NCBI GenBank assembly: GCA_950097015.1
Contig: CATNEN010000007.1
Coordinates: 12,462,001 to 12,526,000 of the forward strand
Direction of reading: 5' to 3'
From: Macrostomum hystrix
Lineage: Eukaryota > Animalia > Platyhelminthes
DNA length: 64,000 bases
A program made the translations under genes and the position numbers. This document shows, piece after piece, positions 35,300 to 47,394 of this stretch. How positions within the stretch are numbered: position 1 is the stretch's first letter; each line of letters opens with the position of its first letter. The notes under the pieces were generated by a model. That model searched no databases and was not told the origin of the DNA. It saw only the letters and a list, made by a program, of their open reading frames with translations.

Positions 35300-36178
35300 T
35301 TTAGATGCTGGACAGCTAGATATGCTGGATATGAATGCTAGATATGCTGGATAAGGATGCTAGATATGCTCGATATGGATTCTAATATGCTTGATAGGGA
35401 TGCTAGATATGCTTGATAGGGATGCTAGATATGCTGGATATGGATAGTATTCATGCTGGATATTGATGCTAGATATGCTGGATATGGATGCTAGATATGC
35501 TGGATATGGATGCTAGATATGCTGGATATGGATGCTCGATATGCTGGATATGGATACTAGTCATGGTGTATATGAATGCTAGATATGCTGGATATAGATA
35601 CTAGTCATGGTGGATATGAATGCTAGATAAGCTGGATATGGATGCTAGATATGCTGGATATGGATGCTAGATATGCTGGATATGGATGCTAGATATGCTG
35701 GATATGGATGCTAGATAAGCTGGATATGGATGCTAGATATGCTGGATATGGATGCTAGATAAGCTGGATATGGATGCTAGATATGCTGGATATGGATGCT
35801 AGATATGCTGGATATGGATGCTAGATATGCTGGATATAGATACTAGTCATGGTGGACATGGATGCTAGATAAGCTGGATATGGATGCTAGATATGCTGGA
35901 TATGGATGCTAGATATGCTGGATATGGATGCTAGATATGCTGGATATAGATACTAGTCATGGTGGACATGGATGCTAGATAAGCTGGATATGGATGCTAG
36001 ATATGCTGGATATGGATGCTAGATATGCTGGATATAGATACTAGTCATGGTGGACATGGATGCTAGATATGCTGGATAAGGATGCTATATATGCTGGATA
36101 AGGATGCTAGATATGTTGGATAAGGATGCTAGATATGCTGGATAAGGATGCTAGACATGCTGGATAAGGATGCTATAT
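35300..36178. repeat. 22-bp minisatellite, ~40 copies, degenerate edges
   Basis: GCTAGATATGCTGGATATGGAT. Confidence 0.92.
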
Positions 36179-37009
36179 ATTTGTACTGGATATTTACGTA
36201 TTTAAAATTTACAAAGAAAAGCAATTACCGATCAAAAGCGCTCACTTTTTAAGTAGCCGATCGATTTGATCTCAGCTAAAAGACAGATGTTGTGAACACG
36301 AGTTCGCTTATTAAAATGTTATGTCTGTGGAAAAACCGCGGAAATTCCATCTGGACATGGAGCTACCTAGTACAATTTACATAGTTATAATAAACATTGT
36401 GCTGAGGTGTACACTCAATGTACTGTACGCTCGCATCTTTCTGCTGCGCGTGAGGCAATAAAGAAGTTTATTTGTTCTATAAAATATGAAAAAACTTTTC
36501 GACAGACAAATTCATATTCAGATGGCATCGCTTGAACGGATCGCAAAATGTCCAGCTGTTTCTCATATAATAATTGTTTAGCAATGACAAGAACTTTGCA
36601 CTATGCTTAGGATCCTATGATTATGCGAAGACTAAAAATCAATAATACCCATTGTCAGAACGAAAACGATAGTCTTTTGGGCTTTACACAATACCATCAT
36701 GCATGATTAATTCAAACGTAAAACATTACTCTGCAGAAAGGCATATTAGAGAAAAGAAAAAATACGAACAGAAGTACACAAGCCAAGAAAGTGGTAAAAT
36801 CTCTGCGGGCCGACAGCAGTCATTTACTGTGCGTTTCATAAACAGTAAAATTTGCATGCTATAGCCAATTTAAGAGGCCGAGTAGTATCCCCAAATATCA
36901 GGCACAATTTCAATGTTCAGTTTTAATGGACATTTAAAGATAATATGTCAGAATGTATCCCCAAACAGTATCTGGATAGGTAGCACAATAAATCAATGTA
37001 AACTGATGT

Positions 37010-39053
37010 CTAACTGGCCATGAGTGACGGCACAGGGTGCTGCATTGCTGCGGCAGCCGCATCAGAATTTGAGTTCTCCCCGTAAAGCTCTTGCAATTCT
37101 GGCAGATCTTGCGGCCCCAAATCGCCTGCACTCTCTGAAGTCAGCTGGCTCATGACCTCGTCATAGTCGTCATTCATTTCCCCGTCCAGCGTAAAGAGAA
37201 GTAGCTCGCTCAGAGGATCACCTTGGTCAGGTGCAACTGGAGGTGGATCCTTGCGAGCCTTTTTGTTTCGAGGTTCTGTAAAGATTTTGTAAAGGATAGC
37301 GTATATAGAGTAATAATAATATTTATTGTACAAAGTTTATAACAAAAAGTGCGCTCCCAGTGCACCTGACTCTGGACCGGCTGACAAACTGACAAGCTTC
37401 ATCACCACTGCTTCGCTAGAATCACCGCTCTTCTTCTCCTGGACAGTCACTGAGAAGGAGCCTGAGATGTTACTCATGGTTGTGCTCGAGAAGTCGAACA
37501 CCAGGAGGTGCTGCAATGAGCAGTTCTGATTTAACCCTATGAAACTCGTGCATTCGAGAGCAGCTGATGCAGCTCAATATTACCTTCTTCAGCTCCCTGG
37601 GCTGCACTTCGAATCTGAGCTCCTGCTCTTCATTCTCCACAATCACAAGGAAGTCTGACACAGTAGTGCCTGCGATTGCAGATGGAACCCTTTCATAACA
37701 GAGTGCATGACAAGCATCGGTTGGTAAGCACAATCGCATACCTGTGGGCAGGGGGTCCTTCGTGTAGAGCCACACGTCCTGGTCAGCGCGCGACACCGAG
37801 TCAGGAATGATGTACTCAACTGTCATGGTTGAGAAGATCTCTGGAATCCGAAGAGCATGAGTATAAGTGAGCTGCCGTCTCAAAGTAACTCATCTAAGTG
37901 TGCTCAGGGATAGAAATAATGTCCAGGGTCGCTAGCATTGCTGCTGCTTTGCCCCAAAAATGGCCAACTACTGCTCACTGGCGTCACCGATCACATCGGT
38001 GCACAGAGGCTGGCAGTCCGCTGGAGCCCACTCGCCTGAGCTCGGCAGCTGATAGAACACTTGGAAGGCCAGACGGAGTTTGTTGACTTCCTTGCCCTGG
38101 AAGGGGTTGCTTTTGGCCTCCTCTGAAATGCATAAAAAGTACATCGGTCGGTACTTCTCACTGGTGTGGAAGCTGCAGAACCCTGACTGTTGAGCATACT
38201 GGAGTCACTCACTGCTGAACAAATTATACTTGTCCATCCTCATTGAGTAGAAGCCATCCTGCTGACTCGAGTCACTCGGGGCAGCCTTTGTTGCTGTGAG
38301 TCCGTTCTCAGCGGCTCCCCTCGCTTTGCCTCTGCCTTTTTTGCTCTTTTTCGGAGTGCAGACGATCCCGACCTTCTCCAGTCTGACCATGGGTTAGCAA
38401 TCGCAAAGTGGGTTTTGAAACGATGCTTATGAAGTGAAAAGAAGAACTGTCTGTCTGTAACTGTCTGTCTGTTAACTGTCTGTTAACTGTCTGTCTGTTT
38501 ACAGTCTGTCTGTTAACTGTCTGTCTGTTAACTGTCTGTCTGTTAACTGTCTGTAAACTGTCTGTCTGTTAACTGTCTGTCTGTTTACAGTCTGTCTGTT
38601 AACTGTCTGTCTGTTAACTGTCTGTCTGTTAGCCATCTGTCTGTCTGTTAACTGTCTGTCTGTTAGCCATCTGTCTGTCTGTTCTGTCTCTCTGTTCGGA
38701 CAATGGAATGACATGGAATCGGCCCCTCACGTCACTTCCGTGGTCGAGCTGGAAGCCGGGAAGCTGAGCTCCTTCTGGAACATGCCTCGGTCGCAGTCGT
38801 CTCCAGCCAGGTAGAACGGGTGCGGCGTCCGGTCCTCGAAGACGGTGCAGCCGATCAGCTTCAGTTTGAAGTCAGTTTTTACCTGTACCCAGGTGACCTG
38901 CACAGTAACTGGAGTCTTTCCGCCAGGGTTGCGACTGTGCAGAACACTGCCCATGCGACCATATTTGACTTCCTTCAGGTAGCGGAACCGATGCAGCTTC
39001 GATGGCTGATGCTGCTGGGTGATTGACAGTGAGACTGTGGGCCTCGCATGCAT
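37010..39053 (-). CDS. Rel-homology-domain transcription factor, copy B, ~410 aa; exons 39053-38731, 38382-38213, 38122-37979, 37840-37742, 37669-37584, 37510-37366, 37275-37010
   Basis: Near-identical to copy A (offset 4312 for the internal exons). NLS-like PRNKKARK and a longer C-terminus. Confidence 0.82.
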
Positions 39054-39594
39054 GCTGTGCTCTAAAATGTCCAAATTAGGCAAATGTCTGATAAATTGGC
39101 CCTTTAAAATTTGCACTTTTAGCTAAGTGTGGATCCACGAAATGATGTCTACGAGAATTGGATTTCGCTTCTGTATTGAATGCCCTCCCGTGAGAATATT
39201 CAAGATCACATGTACGAGTAATACAGCTAGATTTACCTTGGTTTAATGAGATAAAGCAATTTACTCGCGAATACAGAAAAATTTGCTACTGTATTCCGTA
39301 TATAATTACTGTATATAATATAATTCTGAATATATTCCGTATGTATTCTGAAGCAGCACGTATCTCTGGTCTGTGTGGTCCTAGTGTTGATCAGTTTGAT
39401 GAGCCACGGAGCTGGAATGCTGAAGCAAAAATAGATCAGCGCCAAATACAACACGGTGAGGATTGCCCGCGGCTGGTCCTTTGAAAACCCGCGGCAATTC
39501 CGTGGCACGTTGTGACAGGAAAATCCATGGCAAACCCGATTACACAGTGTCTATTTTTAGAACAGTCATAGGGAACTGCGCATGTAGCTACGGA

Positions 39595-39841
39595 GGGGGG
39601 TCGTGGCAGAGCTGTTAACGCGTTTGCCTCTCGCACCACGGTCCCTAAGTTCGATTTCGCGGCGAGGCCACATTTATTTGGGGTGCATTCGCGGAGAGAA
39701 GGCTGGGGGCTTGTCGTGCAATTTACGGCCTTGAAGGCCAACCTCCAAGGTACAGATAAGTGTACATACACAGCCTGACGATGAGAAAGTCAGGGCAGAT
39801 GTTCACGCCTGTGTGAGCGTGTGGCTGCGTACAGTATCTGT
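39595..39841 (+). mobile_element. SINE family 1 copy, 3'-truncated
   Basis: GTGGCAGAGCTGTTAACGCGTTTGCCTCTCGCACC...AAGTTCGATTTC; body matches 13.9-14.1 kb. Confidence 0.8.
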
Positions 39842-40669
39842 ATTTAATTGTCGGCTTGCCGAAATTGAATGCGAGCTTTGTTGAAATTGAACGGAAAAAG
39901 TTGCGAGGTAGAACGTCCGTAAAAGATGTGAGCAGTTTACATGTGCGGTGCGGAAAAAGGGGTTGCCCACGGGAATCCCGCGGAATCACCGGTGGTCGAC
40001 AAAAGCCATCCCGTGGAAATACCCCCTGAAAAGAGTAGCATGTGTGAAAATGAATCAGTAAACTAGCAGCTTTCGCATCGGGATATGTAACTGCTTTTTG
40101 GTGGACGTTTGCCCGGCGACATTTTTAAGGCACTGTCTGTGGATTTAGTGGAGCGAGAAACTGTATAAAAATTTCTCTCCGGCTGGCTTTGGCATAACTC
40201 AAGTGGCACGCTAGGGGCTTTCCCAGAGGTTCCGTGTGTACTTTTTTCATGCACTTTGAACGTAAAAATCGAACGCAGTTGATTCGTTGAGTTCAGTTCT
40301 CGATTTAATCTGTCTGCGATTTGTGAAGACGCATCTCGAAAAAAAAAGTTACTACAAGAAAGGAAGCACTGTGCAAGCACCAAATTAAGGTATTCTTTTT
40401 AGCAATGGATCAATTCACACAGAAAAATAAATATAAAAACGATTCAGGAACGCGAGCTTGTACGCTTATGGTAAAAAGCACTCGAGCACGCCGCGACCAT
40501 AGACAATTACGAGCATCCCCGGCTCGCCTAGACCAACCTTGGCTGCCATGTAAGTGCTCAGCTTAGGAGAGCAAGGGATGAGCTAGTTAGGACATTGATT
40601 CCAAGCTATAGAAGTAACGACCCGCACTGCGTAGCGTGCGTTTGATAAATCCCTGAGCAACGCTGCAAG

Positions 40670-43600
40670 ATGAACCCAGATGAACAGTTATCCTGGTCGA
40701 TGGTGCAGAAAGGGCGGGTTTCCGTCACACACCAGAGGCTGCGCGGTATTGTGAAGGACCAGGTGCACATCGAGTGCGACTGCCAATCCAACTCGCTGCT
40801 CTCCGACATCGTCGGCGCGGACAAGGAAGGCGATTTCCGGCGTGTCGCTGGCTCGTGGCTAAAAACGCAGCTGGCCAAGGCCAAGGCAGGCAAGAAGCAG
40901 GATGCGGCCGGGGAGAAGACGCAGGTGCTGAAGCTGTTTTTGGCAGAGCTCAAGAACGACGATCTGCTGGTCAAGAACGGCGATTTGACTCTTCAGTGCG
41001 AGGTTTTGCTCGTGCGTGACGGAGTCCTGTACTTCCAGAACAAGTCCCTGGTGTCGGAGCACCCCTCTGATAGCCGTCTAGTGCTGTCAGTCAGCGAGGT
41101 GAATCGAGAAGCCATGGAGACTCTGGTGACCAAGCCAGGCCCCCACAAACTGTACTACGGCGACTCCAAGCTGTCCGATAGCCAGCAGCGAATCTGCTGG
41201 GACCCACGGATCAGCTTTGCCAACGAATTAATTCCTTTGGATATGGTCGCCACCAGGCAGGCACTCGCGAGAAGTGTCGATCTGAATGAACTGAATAATA
41301 TTCTGCCGAACTTGGACAAGCTGGGCAACATCAAGGCTGAAGCGGGTAATGTGGCTCAGCCGGTGCAGGAAGCCGGAAGTAAGAGCGGGAAGCTCAACCA
41401 GGTGAGTGCTGGTGCCCCTAAAAGGGCCCGTAATACTCTTACTTGATCTCTGTTGCTATTTCTTAACTTATGAACTTGAAACCTTCTTCCATTCCTCTAA
41501 TCCCAACCTGCCATGCCACAATGCCAAGGTGGTGCTTCTGAACTGCATCTGCCTTCTCATAGACAACAAGGTCGTCATCCTCCGGGGCTTCCTGCACGCC
41601 GGCACCGCCTGGCATCGCATCATCAACGGCACCTTGGTGGGTTCGGACAAAAGTCTCAACCCTGTGGTCATCTCGGGCAGGCCGGTGTACAAGAACGAAT
41701 CAAACGATGACAATCTTCTACTGAGTGGCGTCACGCTGTACAGCATAGGCAACACAATTTACGCCCGCAACGCACCCCTGCTGGAGGACGCGGTGGTGCA
41801 CGCGGACGGCCAGGAAATCAGCATCTCGGGCCTGCCCATGAGCTCCCTGTGCGGCTTTCCGGTGCCAAAAGAGCCAGAGCCCGCGCGGCTGTTCTTGCTG
41901 GACGGCCGCTTCTCAGTTCGCAACACCGAGATCAGTATTTGCGACGGCACCGTCTTGCTCCAGGACCTGAGCATGCAGCTGCCATATGACACCATCGATG
42001 AGGTTCGCGTGAAGGACTCGCTGGTCTTCATCGGTCCCACCGCCGCTAGAAAAGAGGCAGAGGCTTATACGAAGGTATGCGACATCATCTACAGGGACAA
42101 CATTTTGCTGCTGGGTGACCTCACGCCATTGCTGAAGGCTGGCCTCATCTGCCACGCAGAGCAGAAGCAACCTCTGGCCTGGCTCTCCGGAGATCCGGAA
42201 GCCGCCGCTCGGGCCCGCAACTTGGAGCGGTCGGCGGTGCCCCCGGAGGCGCTGACAAATCGGGTGCAAATGCTGTCGGAAGGTACCTGTATCCTGGACC
42301 GCAACGGTATGTACTTCATCAAGGGACAAGTGATTCTGCAGGGCAAGAAAGTGCTCATCGAAAATGGTGTGCCGCTGTTCAGCTCCGAGACGTCTGCCGA
42401 GGTCAGGTAAGGTGCTGAGTGCACTGGCTTGGGTAAAACAACTGGATGGGCTCAGCGAAACTAAATGCCTACTAGTAATGCCTACCATTTCTAGCCCACT
42501 CTCACCTGCTCATCACCATCCAGGAGGATGTACTTGGGAACTCCGCCGCCGTACCTGTCGGGTCGTGTACTGCTGAGCCCGGATGAGGCCAAACAACTCG
42601 GAACGGAGACACTGGATGGCTGCGTTGTGCTGAAGGCTGTGCGCCTGGACATGACGAGCGGCAAGATCATTCTCAACAACCAGGTGCCAGTCATGAGTGA
42701 CTGCAGGCTTGTCATGGACCGGCATGTGTTCAGCCCAATGGAACTGGGCTTTGATGCTCAGGAGGCATCGCGAGACAGCTCCAGAGAGTCTGTTGGCGCG
42801 CCACGGAAAACCATTTCTTTAGGGAAGGGAACGTCAACAGCCGATCAAGATGACATCGGACGTGCCACCTCCGACTGGGCTGACAGCAGGCAGCGCACTG
42901 CAACAACTACCTTTGGCAGCATGGCTGAGGCTACCAAATTAGGAAAAACTAAATCTGACAGATCCACTGATGAGTCACGCCTCGGAAAAACTAAATCTGA
43001 CAGATCCACTGATGAGTCACGCCTCGGAAAAACTAAATCTGACAGATCCACTGATGAGTCACGCCTCGGAAAAACAAAATCTGACAGATCCACTGATGAG
43101 TCACGCCTCGGAAAAACTAAATCTGACAGATCCACTGCTGAGTCAAGCCTCGGAAAAACTAAATCTGACAGATCCACTGATGAGCCAGACCTCAGTAAAA
43201 CTAAATCTGACAGATCCACTAATGAGTCAAGCCTCGGAAAAACAAAATCTGACAGATCCACTGCTGAGTCAAGCCTCGGAAAAACTAAATCTGACAGATC
43301 CACTGATGAGCCAGACCTCAGAAAAACTAAATCTGACAGATCCACTAATGAGTCAAGCCTCGGAAAAACTAAATCTGACAGATCCACTAATGAGTCAAGC
43401 CTCGGAAAAACAAAATCTGACAGATCCACTAATGAGTCAAGCCTCGGAAAAACAAAATCTGACAGATCCACTAATGAGCCAGACCTCGGAAAAACAAAAT
43501 CTGACAGATCCACTAATGAGTCATGCCTCAGAAAAACAAAATCTGACAGATCCACTAATGAGTCAAGCCTCGGAAAAACAAAATCTGACAGATCCACTGA

Positions 43601-44673
43601 TGAGCCAGGCCTCGGAAAAACAAAATCTGACAGATCCACTAATGAGCCAGACCTCGGAAAAACAAAATCTGACAGATCCACTAATGAGTCACGCCTCGGA
43701 AAAACAAAATCTGACAGATCCACTAAATCCACTAATGAGTCAAGCCTCGGAAAAACAAAATCTGACAGATCCACTAATGAGCCAGACCTCGGAAAAACAA
43801 AATCTGACAGATCCACTAATGAGTCATGCCTCGGAAAAACAAAATCTGACAGATCCACTAATGAGTCAAGCCTCGGAAAAACAAAATCTGACAGATCCAC
43901 TGATGAGCCAGGCCTCGGAAAAACAAAATCTGACAGATCCACTGATGAGCCAGACCTCGGAAAAACAAAATCTGACAGATCCACTGATGAGTCATGCCTC
44001 GGAAAAACAAAATCTGACAGATCCACTGATGAGCCAGGCCTTGGATTGGCCAGGGATGCGCAGAGCATGGGCGACAACTCGGTGAGAAGCAGGGGATCAC
44101 TGAGCAACAAGCTCCCCAACCTCATGTGTGCTCACTCTAATTCACTCATTTCCCCAGCCGTATGCTCATGTGTACTCACTCTAATTCACTCATTTCCCCA
44201 GCCGTATGCTCATGTGTACTCACTCTAATTCACTCATTTCCCCAGCAGTATGCTCATGTGTACTCACTCTAATTCACTCATTTCACCAGCCGTATGCTCA
44301 TGTGTACTCACTCTAATTCACTCATTTCCCCAGCCGTATGCTCATGTGTACTCACTCTAATTCACTCATTTCCCCAGCCGTATGCTCATGTGTACTCACT
44401 CTAATTCACTCATTTCCCCAGCCGTATGCTCATGTGTACTCACTCTAATTCACTCATTTCCCCAGCCGTATGCTCATGTGTACTCATCTAATTCACTCAT
44501 CTTGCCAGTGCTCAGAGATTAGTGCTCTATTTAGTGTTGCCCTTCGCCGCCCGCAGAGCCAAGGTATTCTAGGAAACATGGTCCTGTTCTCAAGTCACAA
44601 GGACAAGAAGCTGGTGTTCAGCATGAAGTCGCACCTGGATCAGATGCTGCACTTCCTGGACATGCAAGGCTGA
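40670..44673 (+). CDS. Uncharacterised multi-exon protein with a 14-aa repeat; approximate exons 40670-~41378, 41563-42406, 42524-44081, ~44509-44673
   Basis: Three long GC-rich ORFs. The junction AG|GTAAGG...CCAG|G is phase-consistent. The first donor, last acceptor and start codon are uncertain. No family recognised. Confidence 0.55.
42939..44045 (+). repeat. 42-bp in-frame repeat (LGKTKSDRSTDESR-like), ~26 copies
   Basis: Seen directly, within ORF 42528-44228. Confidence 0.93.
44121..44508 (+). repeat. 44-bp repeat x9 containing a branch-point-like motif and splice acceptor
   Basis: CTCATGTGTACTCACTCTAATTCACTCATTTCCCCAGCCGTATG. Confidence 0.92.
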
Positions 44674-44955
44674 CAGGCGGTTCAGACAGTGACCGGCTGC
44701 ACAAGGCATTGCGGCATCAGCAAAGCGCGCCCACTCACTCGCTGTAGTTGAAAAGTAGAAGAACATAATTTAGTAGCCCTGGCAGGACTGTGCCGAGTTT
44801 AGTTTAACCCCGCTGCCCGCTTGTTCGTCCAGTTTTTTTGCCGAATGAGACCAAATATATTTTTCCCTCTTCATTTGTCCGTCCTATGGAGCGAATCCGC
44901 GAACGAACCTTTCGGAACAGATCCAGAGCCTGCTTTCTCGGATCCTTAATTGCCG

Positions 44956-45066
44956 AGCATCCATTGTTATCCAACTCACAGCATCCATCGATTGTTATCC
45001 AACTCACAGCATCCATCGACTGTTATCCAACTCACAGCATCCATCGATTGTTATCGATTGTTAGCC
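44956..45066. repeat. Degenerate edge units of the 28-bp satellite
   Basis: GCATCCATCGATTGTTATCCAACTCACA. Confidence 0.85.
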
Positions 45067-47394
45067 ATGGGCTCCTCCGTGCCCCGGCCCCGAGCCAGAG
45101 GCGGGAACTCGACGGGGTCAGCCGCCCAGTCCCCACCCCCGGCCCCGAGCCCAGGCCCAGAGTCACCCTCAACCGGTGCCGACACCGCACCCTGGGCCGT
45201 GGGAGGGGCGCTCGAAGGGCCCTGCTCGATGGAGCTGGGCACCTTAGAGGCCTCCCCCGTAGCCCTTGGTTGCGGCGCATCTCAGCGCGCAGCTGGGCCA
45301 TCCTGGCGGTTCGCACCACCTCGGAGGCCCGCTGGAGAAGGCCCCGGCGCTTTGTGATGCGCGCGGGGCGACGCTCAGAGCTGCCAGCGATGGCACGCTC
45401 TGGCCTTTTTTGGCGAGACGACTGGGCCCTGCCCCCAGTCCCAACCTCGGGGTCCGAGGACCCTTCAGTGGCCGGTACGGTGGTGGGCCCGGTCTGACCT
45501 CGAGTTTTATCTGCCTCGAAGGCGAAGATTTTGGTCTTCCACAGACCAATGCAGATGTTGGCGCCATCTGGGTATCGGCGTGTCCATTGCTCGGACAGGC
45601 CCAGAATGGCGGTGAACCCGGTGCCATCGGGGCGCAGGATCGTGCGGTGCACGATCAGGCCCGCTGTCGGCAGCTCCCGGTTCATCGCGATGAGGCCCAT
45701 GCGGAGGTCCTCAGCGCTGGTGACGACACTTTTCGCCGGGACGAAAATGCGGTGTCGCTTGGTCTTTGGTGGCTCGTTCTCCCGGAGGAAGTCGAGGCCA
45801 GCCGCCCAGCTCTGCGTGGGCAGCAACTCAAGGAGCCGCCGCCCTGATTCCGCGTCGCCGGGCCAGACGACGAAGCACGATTCCCTGGTAGCGCTTGCGC
45901 CGACCGCCAGGGGCTCGCCCTTCAGTTGAAGTTGCCACAGCATAGCATCTATGTTGCGGCAAATGTTGCTGAGCTGTTCGCTGCTCAGCCTTTTTCCGTC
46001 TCTGCCGGTGATGACAACGGCAGGTTGCCTACGTGCGATGGCGGCGTAGGTGGCATGTGGTCCCGGGCCCTGTCCGGTGGCGACCCCACCCTCGGGATCA
46101 GCGTCGGCGGTGGGCACAGGGCCCTCTGCCTCCGCTTCTCCTTCAGGCCGAGCCGCCGTCCGGATGGGCGCCGGGACCTCCTTGGCCCGCGACCCTGGCC
46201 TCGGGGCGTCGTGGGCTCCGCCCCGTGCAGGAGCCTGGGCAGGAGGCGCAAGGCCCCCCGCCCCAGCCCCCGCCCTAGGCAGAGCCCCTTCGGCCCCTCT
46301 GGCCTGGGCCCGGTCCTCGGTCGATGGAGCCGGCTTGCCGTGGGCCATTAAGCGCCTACGACGCTTTGCCGCTCCAGAGGTTGAGGAGCGCTTAGCGCCC
46401 CGGTCATCGCGCGAGTTGGGCAGCGCGGCATTTGTGGCGGTCGCGGGGCCAGCTAGCCCGGGCGCCGCAGCGTGTATGGCCTCGGGCACCATGGTGTCCT
46501 CGGCCGGAGCAGTTGGAAGGCTGGAAGCCATTAGAAGCTGCAAAGAGGAGAGGGGCTTCCTGTAGACACAGGCAGGAATAACCCGCTCAGCCGCGATCCC
46601 AAAGCTGAGCGGGGGCAGCCAAAAAAGACAAGTTACAACCCGGGGTGGGATGCCAGGACCACCGGGAGGAACCGTAGGAGACCAGACTACTCCCTGGTCA
46701 AGCGTCCATCAGCACGGTCAACACTGGGACATTAGAGGGCGCTATTTGGCCAGCGCCGAGGCCTGCGGACTGGCCGCATACCCTGTTAAGGTCAAAGGGT
46801 GACACCTTTCCCTCAGAGCCGTAGCCAGAGGTACCTGATCACGCACAGGTGCACGAACGCTGCGGACTGGCCGCATACCCTGTTTAGGTCAAAGGGTGAC
46901 ACCTTTCCCTCAGAGCCGTAGCCAGAGGTACCTGATCACGCACAGGTGCACGAACGCTGCGGACTGGCCGCATACCCTGTTTAGGTCAAAGGGTGACACC
47001 TTTCCCTCGGAGCCGTAGCCAGAGGTACCTGATCACGCACAGGTGCACGAACGCTGCGGACTCGCCGCATACCCTGTTAAGGTCAAAGGGTGACACCTTT
47101 CCCTCCAGCCGGGGCTAGAGGTACCCAGTTAGGCCGGAGGCCCTGGATGGGTCATCCAGCGCTGTTGCCCATTCTGTCCGGCTGCCCTAGGGTCAGCCTT
47201 GAACACTCGCGGGACGTGTACCCATGGGTCAGCTGACGGGACAACGTGGAGAGGATTCCTGCACCCGGAGGCACAGGGCTCCATTCCTGCCAAGCCTGCT
47301 CAAAAAACGACTGCAGGTGTGAGGCATCGCAGACCTTAGCCCGTAGGCCTGGTCTGACTCATACCACACAGGCATTGTGTCCCGCCGGTGCGAG
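45067..47394 (-). mobile_element. LINE-B: 5' UTR with 97-bp monomers and a frameshifted ORF1; ORF2 absent
   Basis: ORF1 is homologous to 24147-25757 (RRQPAVVI, PPKTKRHRIFVPA, GFTAILGLS), with a frameshift near 45250-45290. Monomers at ~46763-47124. Confidence 0.88.

Noticed and set aside
39460-40030. Recurring CCGCGG/CCGTGG motifs around the SINE
   Set aside because: They may be subterminal repeats of an old transposon, but no termini could be defined.
42845-44125. Antisense and alternate-frame ORFs over the 42-bp repeat, and similar ORFs over the LINE and Gypsy sequences
   Set aside because: Shadow ORFs of repetitive or GC-rich coding DNA.
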